The notes under the pieces are model-generated. The model did not search any database, was not told the DNA's origin, and worked only from the letters and a program-made list of their open reading frames with translations. From the NCBI GenBank assembly GCA_030704615.1, contig CM060733.1, positions 65,658,001 through 65,722,000 of the forward strand: 64,000 nucleotides of DNA. The letters are read 5' to 3'. Numbering within the stretch: the stretch's first letter is position 1; every line of letters begins with the position of its first letter. The translations under genes were made by a program, and so were the position numbers. This stretch comes from Takakia lepidozioides. Its lineage: Eukaryota; Plantae; Bryophyta. Positions 1 through 12,661 of the stretch are shown piece by piece.

Positions 1-1443
1 TTAACACAAAGGCCAGTGGAAGGTAAAGCACCACGGAAGCTCACCCAGGGCGAAATGAATGAGCTCAGACTGTAGGTGCAGAACATTGCCACAACTACTA
101 TAGACAATGTCTATAGTAGGATAGCGGAGCTACAGGAAGATGTAGAAGGCCTGCAGACTCAGGTGGATGACCTGAGTTCAAATATTGACAAGAGAGTCTT
201 TGTACCTGAGGAGCAGCTGGTGACTACTTATATACATGCCATGACTCTAATTTTTCAGTCTTCTTCGCAAGGGGTGCATGAGATGCCAGTGGTAGAAGGG
301 CCAGTGGTACCAATACCACAATAAGTGACTGTGCAGGTAGCTGACCATGTTGTTACTACAGCCACACCACAGCCTGAGGTATGGGGGGATGCTGCTTTTA
401 ACCCACCTAAGACTCCTGCTGCACGGGAGTACAGTCGGGCTATGATTATGCCCTTCAACCAAATTCCCATTGTGTTGGATTTGGCTTCGAAGGAATTTAG
501 TCCTCCGCAGTCGTTGGCACATTACTACCAGATCATGCGCATTTGGCTGCCAGTGACAACTAGGACTAAGGTTCTTCCGAACAATCGACCCATTGAGGAT
601 CATCACTTTGCGAGGTACTGGTCTGAAGCAGGTACCATGTTGAAGGAATTAATTGCCTTCCAAGTTGTACATGGGTACATTTATACCAAGACCAAGGAGG
701 TATCAAGTATTGTCATGGGCTGTGGATTATACTATGCTGTTTGTTTTCTGGCACGTTATCACATTGAGCAACAGAGGATGCAATCCCGATTTCTAAGTTA
801 TTCCAGTGGGGATCATTGGGTCTTACCTTCAGTGCCACCTCATATGTACCTATATGATACAAAAGTTATGATGTAGAAGGATTCCCAACTTCGTTCATGG
901 TTTCATTCGGCTTGGAACAATTTGACAACACAGAAATTCGGCCCTGAAGATATTTTCTTTAAGGGACATGAGGCATGGAAATACTTGCACTGTTCCAAAG
1001 TCATTGGCACACCTCTTACCTATACAGATAAGGAGTTCAGGACGTTCACTAATTTTGCTTGCCAGCGCTTACAACAAGTTGTACAATTTAAACTTCTAGA
1101 TATGGTCGGACAACATTGTATGCCACACAAGATTCCACTTAAAGTTCGGCCGTTAAAACACCTAAGGGGAGACGAGGATTCTGATACTACTGTTTCTTCA
1201 GCGGACTCTTTTGACATGGCAGAGGACCATGCACTTCAGATGGTAGAGAAGAAATGACGGGGATCTCCTATGCCTGAGAGGTTACCTCGTTATCAGCCAA
1301 AGGAGGGTCAGACATTTCCAGGTAGTGCTCAGTCATCTCCGTCAACCAGTGACAGAACTCGGGCTTGCACACGGAGTCCTTCACGAGACTCTCATCGTCA
1401 GAAGGGTGCTCGCTCACAAAGGTTTGCTAATCCCAAACAGTAA
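1..1443 (+). pseudogene. C-terminal part of a long accessory ORF lying just upstream of the PPT/3' LTR of a Ty3/gypsy element
   Basis: ORFs 76-324, 325-876 and 922-1257 share one frame that runs from base 1 to TAA at 1441-1443, broken only by single stops (TAG 73, TAA 322, TAG 874, TGA 1255). A PPT and LTR start follow directly. Confidence 0.65.
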
Positions 1444-1464
1444 ACCATGAGGACACGGCTTTTT

Positions 1465-1545
1465 GAGAGGGGGAGGGGTAAATGTTAGAGGGCTGCTTGG
1501 GACTTAGACGCTTTTACGGAATCTGTGGGGTACCCTTAATTTTGC
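1465..1545 (+). mobile_element. Polypurine tract plus the start of an LTR (same family as the element at 20654-30192); similarity stops after ~63 bp
   Basis: GAGAGGGGGAGGGG (1465-1478), then TGTTAGAGGGCTGCTTGGGACTTAGACGCTTTTAC...GGGGTACCCTTAATTTTGC from 1483, which matches the reverse complement of 30130-30192. Confidence 0.8.
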
Positions 1546-1650
1546 AGGGCATCTGGCAACGAAATGCCATATGAAAGACAAATATTGTGATATTTCTCAT
1601 ATGAGCAACCATAATACCAGCCATTGTATTTACAATCAACGAGACAAGGG

Positions 1651-1836
1651 AAAATAAAATAATATATATATAGACGCGTTGCCAAAGCAAGCGTAACTTA
1701 TGGTGTCACTTGACTCCATAGGGCTACTGCCTTCCGGTGGGAAGGTGGACACCGCAATGACTTCCAACAGGGTGGATTGAACCCACAACCACTCGTGAGA
1801 GGGTGTGTGCCCTTACCACTAGGCTACATGCTGATT
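1651..1836 (-). mobile_element. tRNA-derived SINE (tRNA-Glu-like head) or tRNA pseudogene with a tail
   Basis: Minus strand has A box TAGCCTAGTGG, an anticodon-arm-like CACCCTCTCACGAGTG, B box GGTTCAATCC (1783-1774), a ~90-bp body and a (TA)n/T-rich tail. No clear TSD. Confidence 0.65.
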
Positions 1837-1849
1837 CAGGGGACAAGAA

Positions 1850-3130
1850 GAGTGAGTACACACGAGAGGTGGGGTTACACAAGTCCAAGTTCGACAAGGA
1901 GGAACGGAAGGGCTACGACGATATAATACTTGAAATTGTTATCAAATGCCACGGGATGACCATCCACCATGGGATAAGGAACATCAACCCAAAAACAAAG
2001 AAACCACGAGATGCCACTATTGCAAGAAAGAGGGACACTGGAAACACAATGCCAGTTACGACTCAAGCATGAGGCAGAATTGGGAAATATGGAGGCAGGA
2101 CCAAGTGTAGCCATGAGTGTGGTAACACCTATAGTGGATACCCTTGTGGTATCCTGAAATCAGGCCAAGAAACAGAAACCCCCAGACAAGGAATCTAAAT
2201 CCAACGAAGACCAAAAACATTATCCAAAAAGTGCGGCATGGCAGGAGAAAAGAGCTTGTACACCAGGAAGTAAGCAAGGCCATAGCCCAAATGCAGGAAG
2301 GAACCCATATACCTTACGGAGATCCAACTCCGGATGATCATCTGGATCAGACCAAGGCGATTCACCTCCACCGGTGGCACCACGATCTTTGCCAACTCCA
2401 CGTCCTCTATCACCAAGGCCATGTTCTTCTTCCCACCCTCTCCCTTTTTTGTAGCCTCCTTCCCCTGCTCCTTTGTTATCCCACTGCCCTCCCCCGCATG
2501 CACACTCACCCCTTCCTCTCCATGGGACTTCTTCTTCTTCTTCTTCTTCTTCTTTTCCTTCCCCTTCTCCACGACCATCTCCTTCTGGTGTTTTTCCCAA
2601 TGTGTAATCTTCATGAGCCTCCACTTCCAATGGTTCCTTGAAGGTGTTTCACCTAAGCTCCCCAGACCTCGTTCCACTTGTAAAGCTGTCTCCAGTGCAT
2701 CGTCTATGTTGACAAATCTTGTTCCCAACATTAATCGCATGATCTCTGGACGCAGCCCGTTGAGGAACCTTCTCCTTCTTTCCAGATCTGAAATCTGACC
2801 CTTCGTGAACAATCTTGATAGTCTGTCACAGTATGTTTGTACAACTGTATGCCATCCTGTCTTATGGAGTTGAGTTTCATCTTGAGCTCCGTAGGATCAA
2901 CCTGTCCATACTTTGCCAACACCAATTTTTGAAATTCATCCCAGTTAGTAGGCTTGGGATTTTGACGTTTGCACCATTTGTCTGCCCTCCCTTGTAGATT
3001 AAGTCTAGCTACCTTAAATAATTTGTCCTCTATTAGATCCCTTACATCTCCAATCAGTTGTAGCTTTTCCAACCAATCAGCTACATCCTCTACCTCATTG
3101 CCATAAAATGGTGCATCTATACTTGATGGA
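1850..3130 (-). mobile_element. Degenerate Ty3/gypsy gag remnant
   Basis: ORFs 2731-3162 and 2195-2812: FYGNEVEDVADWLEKL...LQGRADKW...NWDEFQKLVLAKY...SIRQ...RFLNGLRPEI (Retrotrans_gag pattern), with frameshifts and a (CTT)n tract at ~2528-2553. Confidence 0.75.
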
Positions 3131-5339
3131 CTCGTTATCTCGAATCTCTCGACCATATGCACTTCAAAAGTTATTCATTGAGATTTTCATTCACAGTCCA
3201 TCTTTCTCCATCATGCACTTCTTTCATTGAGTGTTAGTCTGCATGATATTGCTGCTACTCAAAACCACATATCTGCTCTTTTGGTCCATGAAATAATGGT
3301 CATACAATTTTCTGCATGTGTGACCCTCACACACAGATCACCCTTAGGGACAGGGTGTGTAACTTGATCTTGGGGGGTCACTCCCCGTATTTTCAAACCA
3401 CGTGAGAACAAATATAGGGCGTAGTTTATTTTTTTGAGGTAAATTTAAAAATATATATACTTAGAAAATATGGTAGGACAATATCCTTTCACTCAATTTT
3501 TTTAAAAAAAGGGTCACAAAAAATCCAGAGTTTTGCTTAAAAAGATAATGTAATTAAAGGTTTTATCTACAGTATAATATATCTATCCTTGTGAAGTTTC
3601 TCATATTTCATCCAACTCTAATCTATCAGGATGAAATCTTCTCAAAACTTCATTTATTCATCAGGCTTATTTGATGAATAAGTCTGTTCTACCCAAATCT
3701 GGGGGTCCTTTGATTATGATGTTTTTGAATTGGTTTTCTAAAGGTAGAGGTCACCTGAAGTTCAAATATGATTCCAGTGATATACAGTGGATTGATGTTG
3801 AGACCATAATCTCAACAGTGACTATGACATTTGAAACATCTCAGAACTTGTACTCTTTAGATCCAAGTGATGTTGAGGCTTTGAATGAGTTCGTGGCTAA
3901 TGAAAATTAAACTTTTCTTTGGATCCAGCATGTCACTTATGTATGGAATGTTGTTTGTTTGCAATTATTAAAAAAGACAATTTAAAATAAGGTCTAATTA
4001 ATTGTTGCAAAAAACAATTATAAAGAAAAATAGGATATTATGAAACAAAGGGTTTTACTATATTACCTAAAGATAGGGTGGAGAAAAATGCAAAATTTTA
4101 AAAATATAGCCTAGTATAAATATACCTTTGTACACACGTGATATGGAAAAAATACATATAGTGACCACCCCCCCCCCCCCCCCAACTTGATAAAACCTTG
4201 GCTGTGGGTTGCTATACGGTATGATACGATAGTCATAAGTAATTAGCACATCTCCTATTGTTGGATTAGCTGGTGCAAGAAACCTGTTTTGGCTCGTCAT
4301 GTTTCATTACCTTTTGATCCTACGATCTACATCACGAGGATAATCAAGATATTCCTTGTGAACACATCTCCAGCTTCTAGCTCTTGTTCTATCTACCGTT
4401 AGTTCAAAATACAAAATTGATTAGAAACACTAATTAATTGAAGGATGATGTATGACAAAAATCTTGATCTGTAAGAGTAGAACAAACGAGTTTGAGCTTT
4501 GCATTTTTAGTGTTTTTTCCAACCCCATTCTTGATTAAATCTATATGACATCCTTCAATTAGTCATGTGTACTTTGCATAGTATGTATGAACGACATTTT
4601 TTACAAGTCGTCTCATTTGGCCTCTAATGTTTGTTGCAATTGCGTGTTATGTGGATGTAAGGTAAAATCGCAAGGAGTTGATAGATTTTGATTGATGAGG
4701 GTTGAAGGATAGACAACATTTGGAAAGGGCTTTGATGTCATTCAATACTAGTACAGACAATGAATGCATCTATACAATGTACGTGTGAAATACCTTTCGG
4801 ACAAAGGAGCTCCCAAAGCATAACGACATGATGTGGTTTATGCTGATTTTAAATTACAAGAATTGAACTTGTCAAATCTATGTTGTAACTCATGCTTCTC
4901 GCATGTAGTAATGTTTTCCCAATCATACCGCCCATCCCAATTTTCTTTAGACAATAGCCAACCATAAGGTACATTGCTGACAGTGCATTTCCAAAATTAG
5001 CTAGATCATTACTAGCATGACAATAGTAGCCTCTGAATGACAGACTGTGCCTCTATTGGTATATGAAATAGGGGTCTGAATTTCAGGTGATACCTCTACA
5101 ATAATGTAGCTTGGGAATGACAAACTATACCTCTACTGGTATATGAAACATGGATCTGATTTTCGGGAGCAGACATGGTGCACCCTGTATCAATAACACA
5201 AGAAAAAGAGAGGTGACCAATGTGGCACTGGGTCATTAAAGGATGTATGCGCTCCTTGCGTATCATCCTAGTGGCTTCACAATGCATAAGTTTAAAATTC
5301 ATGAGATAACACAGCACTGGCCAGTCTGCGGGTTCTTAC

Positions 5340-7900
5340 TATGATCGTCCGGCACCCTCACAGACGACCGTTGGCGTTTAAATCCCCTTTTTGGTTCTTT
5401 TCTTCTCAAACCGTTCAATGAGCGCAGGCAATTGGGACTGGTAAGGGCAGAACCTGGTGTAATGCTCCTTAGACTTGCAAATCATACATGCAACAACTGA
5501 CAACCTGGCCTCATACCTATTACCAGTGTTAGTCTTGCCCTTGTTACTGGACCCACTTGTACCAGAGGGCCTCCAGTTAACTTCAGCCTTGAATGCTTGA
5601 AGCTGGTCTCAATTTCATGATGAAAGGAAGATAGTTCTTGCACAATGGAAGGCACCAGGTTATCAACACTATCTGCCACCCTCAAATTCCCATCAATACA
5701 TTCAACATGTTTTCCTTCACTGTAAGATGTGTGTGCTTGTTTTGGCAAGGCCAGCCTTAGCAGCCTTTCTTCTATTAGTTCAACCATCTCATCCTCACTA
5801 ATATACGTCTGCTTATGGAGAAACACTTTCTCAGCAAGTGGCAGCCCTATCACAAAAGCAATGCTTCAAAATAGCTGGTCTTTCAGAGGCAATTAGGACA
5901 GACTTACATATGGCAGTCCTCAAATCAGAGTAGTATTTCCACACACTGTCACCATGGTGAAATTTCAAGTGTGGAGTAGTGTAAGCTATGGGCTTTTCTT
6001 CTCGAAATAGCTTTCATGCCAACTCCTCCTACCGATGTGAGATTAGCCTTATCTTTGATGTTGGATTCAAAAGCTTCCTAGCCTCACCCTTGAGACAAAT
6101 TCGAGAAACACTTTCTCAGCAAGTGGCAGCCCTATCACAAAAGCAATGCTTCAAAATAGCTGGTCTTTCAGAGGCAATTAGGACAGACTTACATATGGCA
6201 GTCCTCAAATCAGAGTAGTATTTCCACACACTGTCACCATAGTGAAATTTCAAGTGTGGAGTAGTGTAAGCTATGGGCTTTTCTTCTCGAAATAGCTTTC
6301 ATGCCAACTCCTCCTACCGATGTGAGATTAGCCTTATCTTTGATGTTGGATTCAAAAGCTTCCTAGCCTCACCCTTGAGACAAATTCGAAAGGGTTTAAC
6401 TTGAAATTTGGGTGGGATACCATCTCAGTACTGATTTCAAAAAACTCCAAGAAGGACTCATAATCGTCCCCCAAGTTGTACTCAGGGTACTGTTGCTTAT
6501 GCATGCACTCTCCAGTCTCACTTTTCCGAGATGCAGTATCTGCAACCAGCATCTTCATCATGGGCAATTGGAAATCACCCCCATGGTTTCACACAGCTCC
6601 TCCACATCAAATGTGGGTTGAGGAACAGCCGCCAGATCTTTCTGTTTGAATTCTCCTGACGACTCTCCTCGTTCAGTATTATTTCTCTCATTGGTTGTTG
6701 TCTATTCCCTCTCCTCCGCTGCACGTTTTTCCAACTCACTTAGTCCATCCATTTCTTCTGCTTCCTTTTCTAGCATAGCTCTTGTAAAACCATGCATGAG
6801 GCAAGGATAGCACAATTACCTGTCCGAAGGGGCACTGAGGTACTTCTCCCAATGGGCCACACAATGGGAGGTGATATACTTGTGCTTATGAAGCAGGTAT
6901 ACTCCTTCACCCAGGCACTGCCACACACTTCGTTCAGACTTGAACCAAAAAATAACCCTTACAATGCTGCGAAGGACCTTCTCTTTGACCAGAAGAGTGT
7001 GCGCATGCAGGAAGACTGTCGGCAGTGGTAGGGTTGCAGAGCCCCACTTTCTTCTTTCTGAAGTTCACACCAGGAAACATGAGCACGTCAGTAGAACAGT
7101 AAGGAAATTCACCAACAGGTATTCCCACAACAACTTCCTCAAAGGTGAGTTCCCGAGTAGGTGGCGGTGGGATTCTAGGGCGAAGGTTCGCCAACACTAT
7201 GGCTGTACCTCCCTTGACAAATTCCCACAAGTGCAATGGGCTGGGAAGGAGAGGAGGCAGACAGCTCTCAAGCTCGATACCCACTTCCCTGGTTACTACT
7301 GTAAACTGCGGTCTACCAAGCTCAGCCCAGCTGAGAGTTTGCCCTCCATGCAGCCTTGCCTTGGCCTCTGCAAGAGGAAGCTTAAGGGCAATCTCCTTGG
7401 CATGTAGAGACTGAAGAAGTTGCCAAGCCCAGGCTCCTTGCAGAGCCTCGTGAATCTTCCGGCGCTGCAGTCTCTTCTCCAACTTGCCGGTGACCACCCT
7501 AGCAGCTTCTCAAGCGGCTGTCGCCTCAAAGCACTTCACCCAGTATTCGGACCGCGTATCGAGTTCCAACTCGGGTCGGGGAATCGGCTCGCCTTCTGGA
7601 TACTCTACGAAGATGCACTGCTCAGGACGCAGCTTGCAAACAAGCTCATGAATATACACAACCTCAAAATTAGGGATGCGCTCCACAGTCAGAATCAAGC
7701 AAATTACAGCTGGAAGCCATGGTTGAAGCTAATGAGGAGCAGGATAGACAGGAAAACGCAAGAGCAAAGCAGTTCGTCTCTCCCAACAGTGCCTGTATAG
7801 CCCGCCGCCATTTTGCTATATCCTGTATGCACAATGATGCCTTTCCTCCGATACAGAATCCACTGACTATCAGGTATTTCATACGACAAACATTCTCTTA
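5340..7900 (-). mobile_element. Degenerate retrotransposon gag with CCHC zinc knuckle and a long upstream coding extension
   Basis: Manual minus-strand translation gives YPEYNLGDDYESFLEFFE, LKFHHGDSVWKYYSDL, HCFVIGLP, and the knuckle CMICKSKEHYTRFC at ~5450-5492. Upstream ORF pieces at 6934-7882 are on the same strand. Confidence 0.55.
5818..6389. repeat. Near-perfect 285-bp tandem duplication
   Basis: GAGAAACACTTTCTCAGCAAG... starts at 5818 and 6103; both copies end ...GACAAATTCGA (6104, 6389). Only one difference noticed. Confidence 0.95.
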
Positions 7901-7991
7901 ACAAATTTAGTTACCCCACATCTCCACCACGATTCCGGCTCCAGGGGGGTTATTCCCCTTCCTCTACCGGCTTAGTTTAGCAACGTGGGAA

Positions 7992-8277
7992 CAATGTTTT
8001 TTTTTTCAAAATTTGAAAAGAACAGGACTGGCTACTGAGTTTTGCAGGAAATAGCCATATTTTCTGCTCATCCACTGCAATTTGGACAGAATCATCCTCC
8101 TATGTACTTTCATCCATGTATATCATCCATATTAGGCGAATTCATCCATTATTTATTTATTTTTTTGAGAATTTTGGCGATTTCATACATGAGAAAACAG
8201 GGAATTTACGACAGAATATTCGATTTTGATTTTTGAGGTCGAAAAAGTGCGAAATTTCGCCAGAAATAAAAACACTG
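7992..8277. mobile_element. hAT-type MITE (286 bp)
   Basis: 8-bp TSD CGTGGGAA at 7984-7991 and 8278-8285; termini CAATGTTTTT...AAAAACACTG. Confidence 0.85.
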
Positions 8278-8285
8278 CGTGGGAA

Positions 8286-8736
8286 TGTAGTCTATAGAGC
8301 AAGCCTTGCAAAGAGGACGGAATCCCCCTCAGAGGATACAACGACCTCTGACATCCACTGTCAGTTCACAGCATCCATGCACACACTCAAGTACACCGCC
8401 ACGCAGCACTTCGTACACACTTGAGATCAAACCCACCACCCGGATTGCCACGGCAGTCCAGTTTAAATAGAATTAGGGTGTAATCTAATTCCCATGCCAC
8501 ATGGCACTTACACATAGGCTAGCCAATGTCGTTCCAGATAGCCATAGAAAGAAGCCACATCCTCTAGTCCCATCCTAATCTGATCTTAAACTGATCCTAA
8601 TCTGATCTAGAATAGGGGAGTTCTTATTAAAACCCTAAGCTGTGTCCAGCTCATCCTCATAAAGTTCATCCAGGCTACATCCTACATCCGTTCATCCAGG
8701 CCGAATAAGCAGGTGAGGAGGAATCCCACCTCCACA
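8286..8736 (-). mobile_element. Candidate 5' LTR of the gag remnant at 5340-7900
   Basis: TGT...ACA ends (8286 TGTAG, 8736 ...TCCACA), TATA-like CTATTTAAAC on the minus strand at 8461-8470, and position upstream of gag. No second copy in the window. Confidence 0.3.
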
Positions 8737-8896
8737 AGATATTGAATTTCAAGTATTTTTCATCACTGGAAATTCATGAAAGTTGAATATGTCCTGAACG
8801 GCGCAGGCCACACTAGTATTGTCTAGAAAGCAACGACTTGTAGAAAAGCCTGTCTCAAAGAATTATAATTTACAAAATCCCGTGTGCTTGGCCTGA

Positions 8897-11485
8897 TCAG
8901 CTTAAAATGAGTGCCTCAATAATTTCAAAATGCATTTGCAAGCTGGCCCGCCGCTCCCCGAAGTAAAAGCTTTCAGAGACCCTCAACTTGCCATCCCCAT
9001 TCTTGTGGGCTGCCTCTCGCAATAGGGAAACACACAGATCCTTCTCTTGGACAACCCACCGTCGGGTGCGATCTTCCCACTGGCGAGGTGTTCCGTGGAA
9101 CGAAAGAGACAGACCTGCATCCCTTGCTCTTGCTGCCCTGGCCAGGCCTTCCAGCACATGTGGGTCGGTCTGGTAGGCTCCTTGACAATTCAATCCAACA
9201 TCCACAAAATGCACTTCCTCTACACTTCTCAAAAATTCTTCCACTGTCACAGGCATTACCACACCGCTCGGAATAGTAGCCCTTACTTCGGCACCATCAC
9301 TCTCCCTCATTGCTGCCTGCATGCCTCGTTTGCATTAGAAATTGTCATGTAAGAATTAGACATGAGCACAACTGTCAACCAAAATTTAGTGGTACCTGCC
9401 AGCTCCCGAAGACTGGACTTCTAAGCCAAGCAGCCCATTTTCCACCAAGTAATTGATTTGAGTCATGCCTCCTACTTTCACAGAACACATAATCATAGAC
9501 TTACCAAGTCTTGATCTACACAATAATGTCGTCTCTTTGTTTTCCCCAATGAATTTGCACTCCCTTCGTCCAGAGAGTTCTCATAGTGTACAAGCTCTGC
9601 AAGTAGCTGATTGAGCACCACCCCTCCCTTGCTGAACCCAAACAGGATTGTCCGAGGGATACTCCTTGCAGGCAAAGTTTGATTGAGCTCATCACAGTCT
9701 AAACAAAATCCTGTGTCCCCAGGCGGATCCACTAGTGCCACCTGTTCTCCATGGCCCAGCAGCAGCTGTGTGTGTACCTGCACAAGAATAAAAGGGCTGA
9801 AATGTGACTTCATGCTTGTTCACATATTCATAATGTGCATTACCAATGCCATTTCCTTTATCACTGATGACCCAATTTCACACTATTTTCAGAAAGCCAT
9901 GCAATCAGAGAGTAATCACACTGACAAGAGTCTGATACGCAACTCGTACTCATACACCTAAGGTAAGCCACAAACATGCAAAAAGAAAGGAGAGGTGGAG
10001 AGAGATGTGTGCTGATAGTTCTTTTTTAACTGTAGCTTTGTGGCCAAGGGCCTCACACTCAATTTGAAAGCACAAGAGAAGGGGAAAGAGCAGGAGATCC
10101 CACCGACAGCAGAGAGGGATCCACTACAGCCCAGAATGACAATAAAAGGGATGCACAGTGTTGGGTGAGAAATGCAATTATTTCGCGTGTCTTGCCATAG
10201 CCTTGTGGGCATAGACCCTGTATCAAGTGAGGATGGTGCAGCTTTCCGTAATAGAATGCACTCATAAGACGTTGTTTGCCATAGCCTTGTGGCCATTGAC
10301 CCAGCGCCCGGTTTGAGCGTTTGAGCTTTCTGTAATAGAGAGAAGGGCAGAGACAGAACAACAGACAGGGACCTGGAGAAAGGAAGCGCCCTCCAGTCCA
10401 CAGACATCCAGAGCTTTGGAAGGCAGATGCATAACAAACCATTTCAACGTGTACGTACCAAATTGCCGACGCCAACTACTCACCAGCACAAGTAAAGCAC
10501 CACACACAAGCAATGTCACACAGCACAAATTTGCATTAAACTGTAATCACTGTCCTCATGATTTTCTCTCTCCATGCTTGACCCATGCCATACCTGCGAC
10601 AAACAGTTGGTGAGAAGAGACAAAGAGGCTCGAGAAGCTGGCAGTCCTTTCGGATTGTAGCCCAGAGGCTCTCCAGAAGCCGTCAGAGAAGGTAACAAAT
10701 TTTCGTAGCATGCAAACGAACCCTTGTAATGTGATGGCTCCACCACCCATGCATTGACCGAAGGTCCCAGTTTGGAAACCAAAATCCCTGCAATAGTCTC
10801 CAGCTGCGAGAGCCGCTCAATCTCTGGATTCTCTGGAACTCTCACGCGGTCGCCCACAAAGAAAATTGCATTGCTTGATGGCGCCTGCTTGCTATCCCAT
10901 GCCACCAAACCAGCGCATGCGTCTATGAGCTTCTAGCAACAACACACACGCTCTCATTCTCCACTAGGCAATTACAAACCAAATCGTCAAAAAGTTTAAT
11001 CTTGCTCGGCTGTGGGACAATTATTGCAGTTCATACTTCATACTGAGATAGTCACCTAACAGCCAAGAGGGATATATTTTGCGGGGTTTGTGACTGCAAG
11101 GCTGCAGCCTCGGTGTAAAGGCACTTTTGAGTACCTCTCTCAGTGTATTTACCTACCACAATCATCAAACTACTGCAACCACGTTATATCTTGTCCCTGA
11201 ACTTAGAAAATTCGCTCATCACCCGCCGCTAGTGGGCACTTCATATGATTAATTTGACGCAAATCTCAAATGTGGCTCAGTCCATTAAGATATAGAGTGA
11301 GAATGGTAGAAAAAGTCAGGCTTTGACACCATAGTCCTAATACCCATTCATAAGGGAGAGGGGGGAGGGGGCAGCACCATAAGGGCGGGGGTGGAGGGAG
11401 AGAAACAGAGGGAGGCCATGACCCGACTGTGCCCTCCGGTGCCGCTGCTTCGTGCCTGCAAAATGCCCTTCCACCTCTCGGCCAT
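8897..11485 (-). CDS. C2orf69 / UPF0565 family protein, 4 exons (11485-11378; 10884 or 10932-10594; 9777-9505; 9316-8897)
   Basis: MAERWKGIL...ASLCFSP, SNAIFFVGDRV, GSFACYENLL, LFGFSKGGVVLNQLL, HFVDVGLN, HGTPRQW...QEKD, SLQMHFEII. GT-AG junctions join the exons in frame. Confidence 0.88.
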
Positions 11486-12267
11486 TGCACAGTCCCCGCC
11501 TCTCTTCCTCTTCTGCTCTTCCAATCAAGAGAGCTGCTTTCAATGGACCCAAAAGCTATTGGCACGCACCATTCAGCCTCCACTGCAGATGGTGGGCCCA
11601 GACTGGAGAATGTTAGGGCTTGACGATCCTCCACCGTCCGTCTGAGTGAAGGAATCATGCAATCATTCAAAAAGGCTTTGGATAGGATGGTAGGGTGCTT
11701 TTGCTCCAATCCCGGGGACAGGTCAGCTCGAGCATTTTTGGGGATGCGATCTGTGTTTTTGATCCAAATCTCACTCCAAATTTGGGTGCCATCGTTTGAT
11801 GAGACAGAATTTTGTCGCACTTACAGTCGCTCCTCTGTTCTTCTTCCGTCACCTCTCGTCTGTTATCGTCCAGAAGTCATGTTCGTTTGATCTTCGTTTG
11901 TTCCATCAACAGAGCGTCGTTGGTTCTTTCTTCCTTCCATGGACGGGACGGCTGTCCTGTTGACGACAAGGGCAACGGAGTGCATAACTGAAGGAAGCTT
12001 GTAGAGCAAGAAGGAAAGGATTGCAACCCTAGTCTTGATTGCAAGCGATTTTTGAAACCCACTTCGGTTGCCAGTTTTGCGCTGCATTCACACGTAGAAA
12101 TCGATACCTCGTTTTTGGAGCTTGCGTGGAGGACTCTTGGTATGAGAGCTTCTTGCCTGGTACCGCATCCAGTGCTGCCCGTTGAAACTGCCATCGCAGC
12201 CAGTGTTGTCAAAAGATTGAGGTTGTGAGTAAAGGATATATGGAGCAAGCGCTGAGCTACTAAGCCG
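11486..12267. promoter_or_regulatory. Shared divergent promoter / 5' UTR interval
   Basis: ~780 bp between the start codons of two head-to-head genes; individual sites were not defined. Confidence 0.5.
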
Positions 12268-12621
12268 ATGGTGATGGCAGGCATGGCAGTGGCAGCAGCA
12301 CCCGCGCAGCAGCAGCCTGCCAAGCCCAGAGTGAAAGAGAAGAAGGGGATGGTTGCATATCCGATGGCCGCACCGGTGGCCAAGGGGAAGAACATGGACA
12401 GCAGGCTACCAGACAAAATGGAGGTAGAGATGGCGCGCCAAGATGTGATTCGCATCTGCAACCCTGATTTCAGACAACCGTTTTCTTCAATTGAAGACGC
12501 TTGTGAAAGGTAGTAACATGATGAGATGTAGTCGTGCGGGTTGAGAGAAGGAGAGAGATGTACTCATAGAACTGTGCCTGCGACTTGCGACTATAGCACG
12601 ACGCCACTGTTGTGTTGCCTA

Positions 12622-12661
<40 letters not shown>

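Noticed and set aside
3671-3910. 79-aa coding-like remnant, possibly the last exon of a DNA-transposon gene
   Set aside because: Too short to assign, and no termini were found.
9958-10528. ORFs inside the C2orf69-like gene
   Set aside because: Intronic; the spliced model is complete without them.
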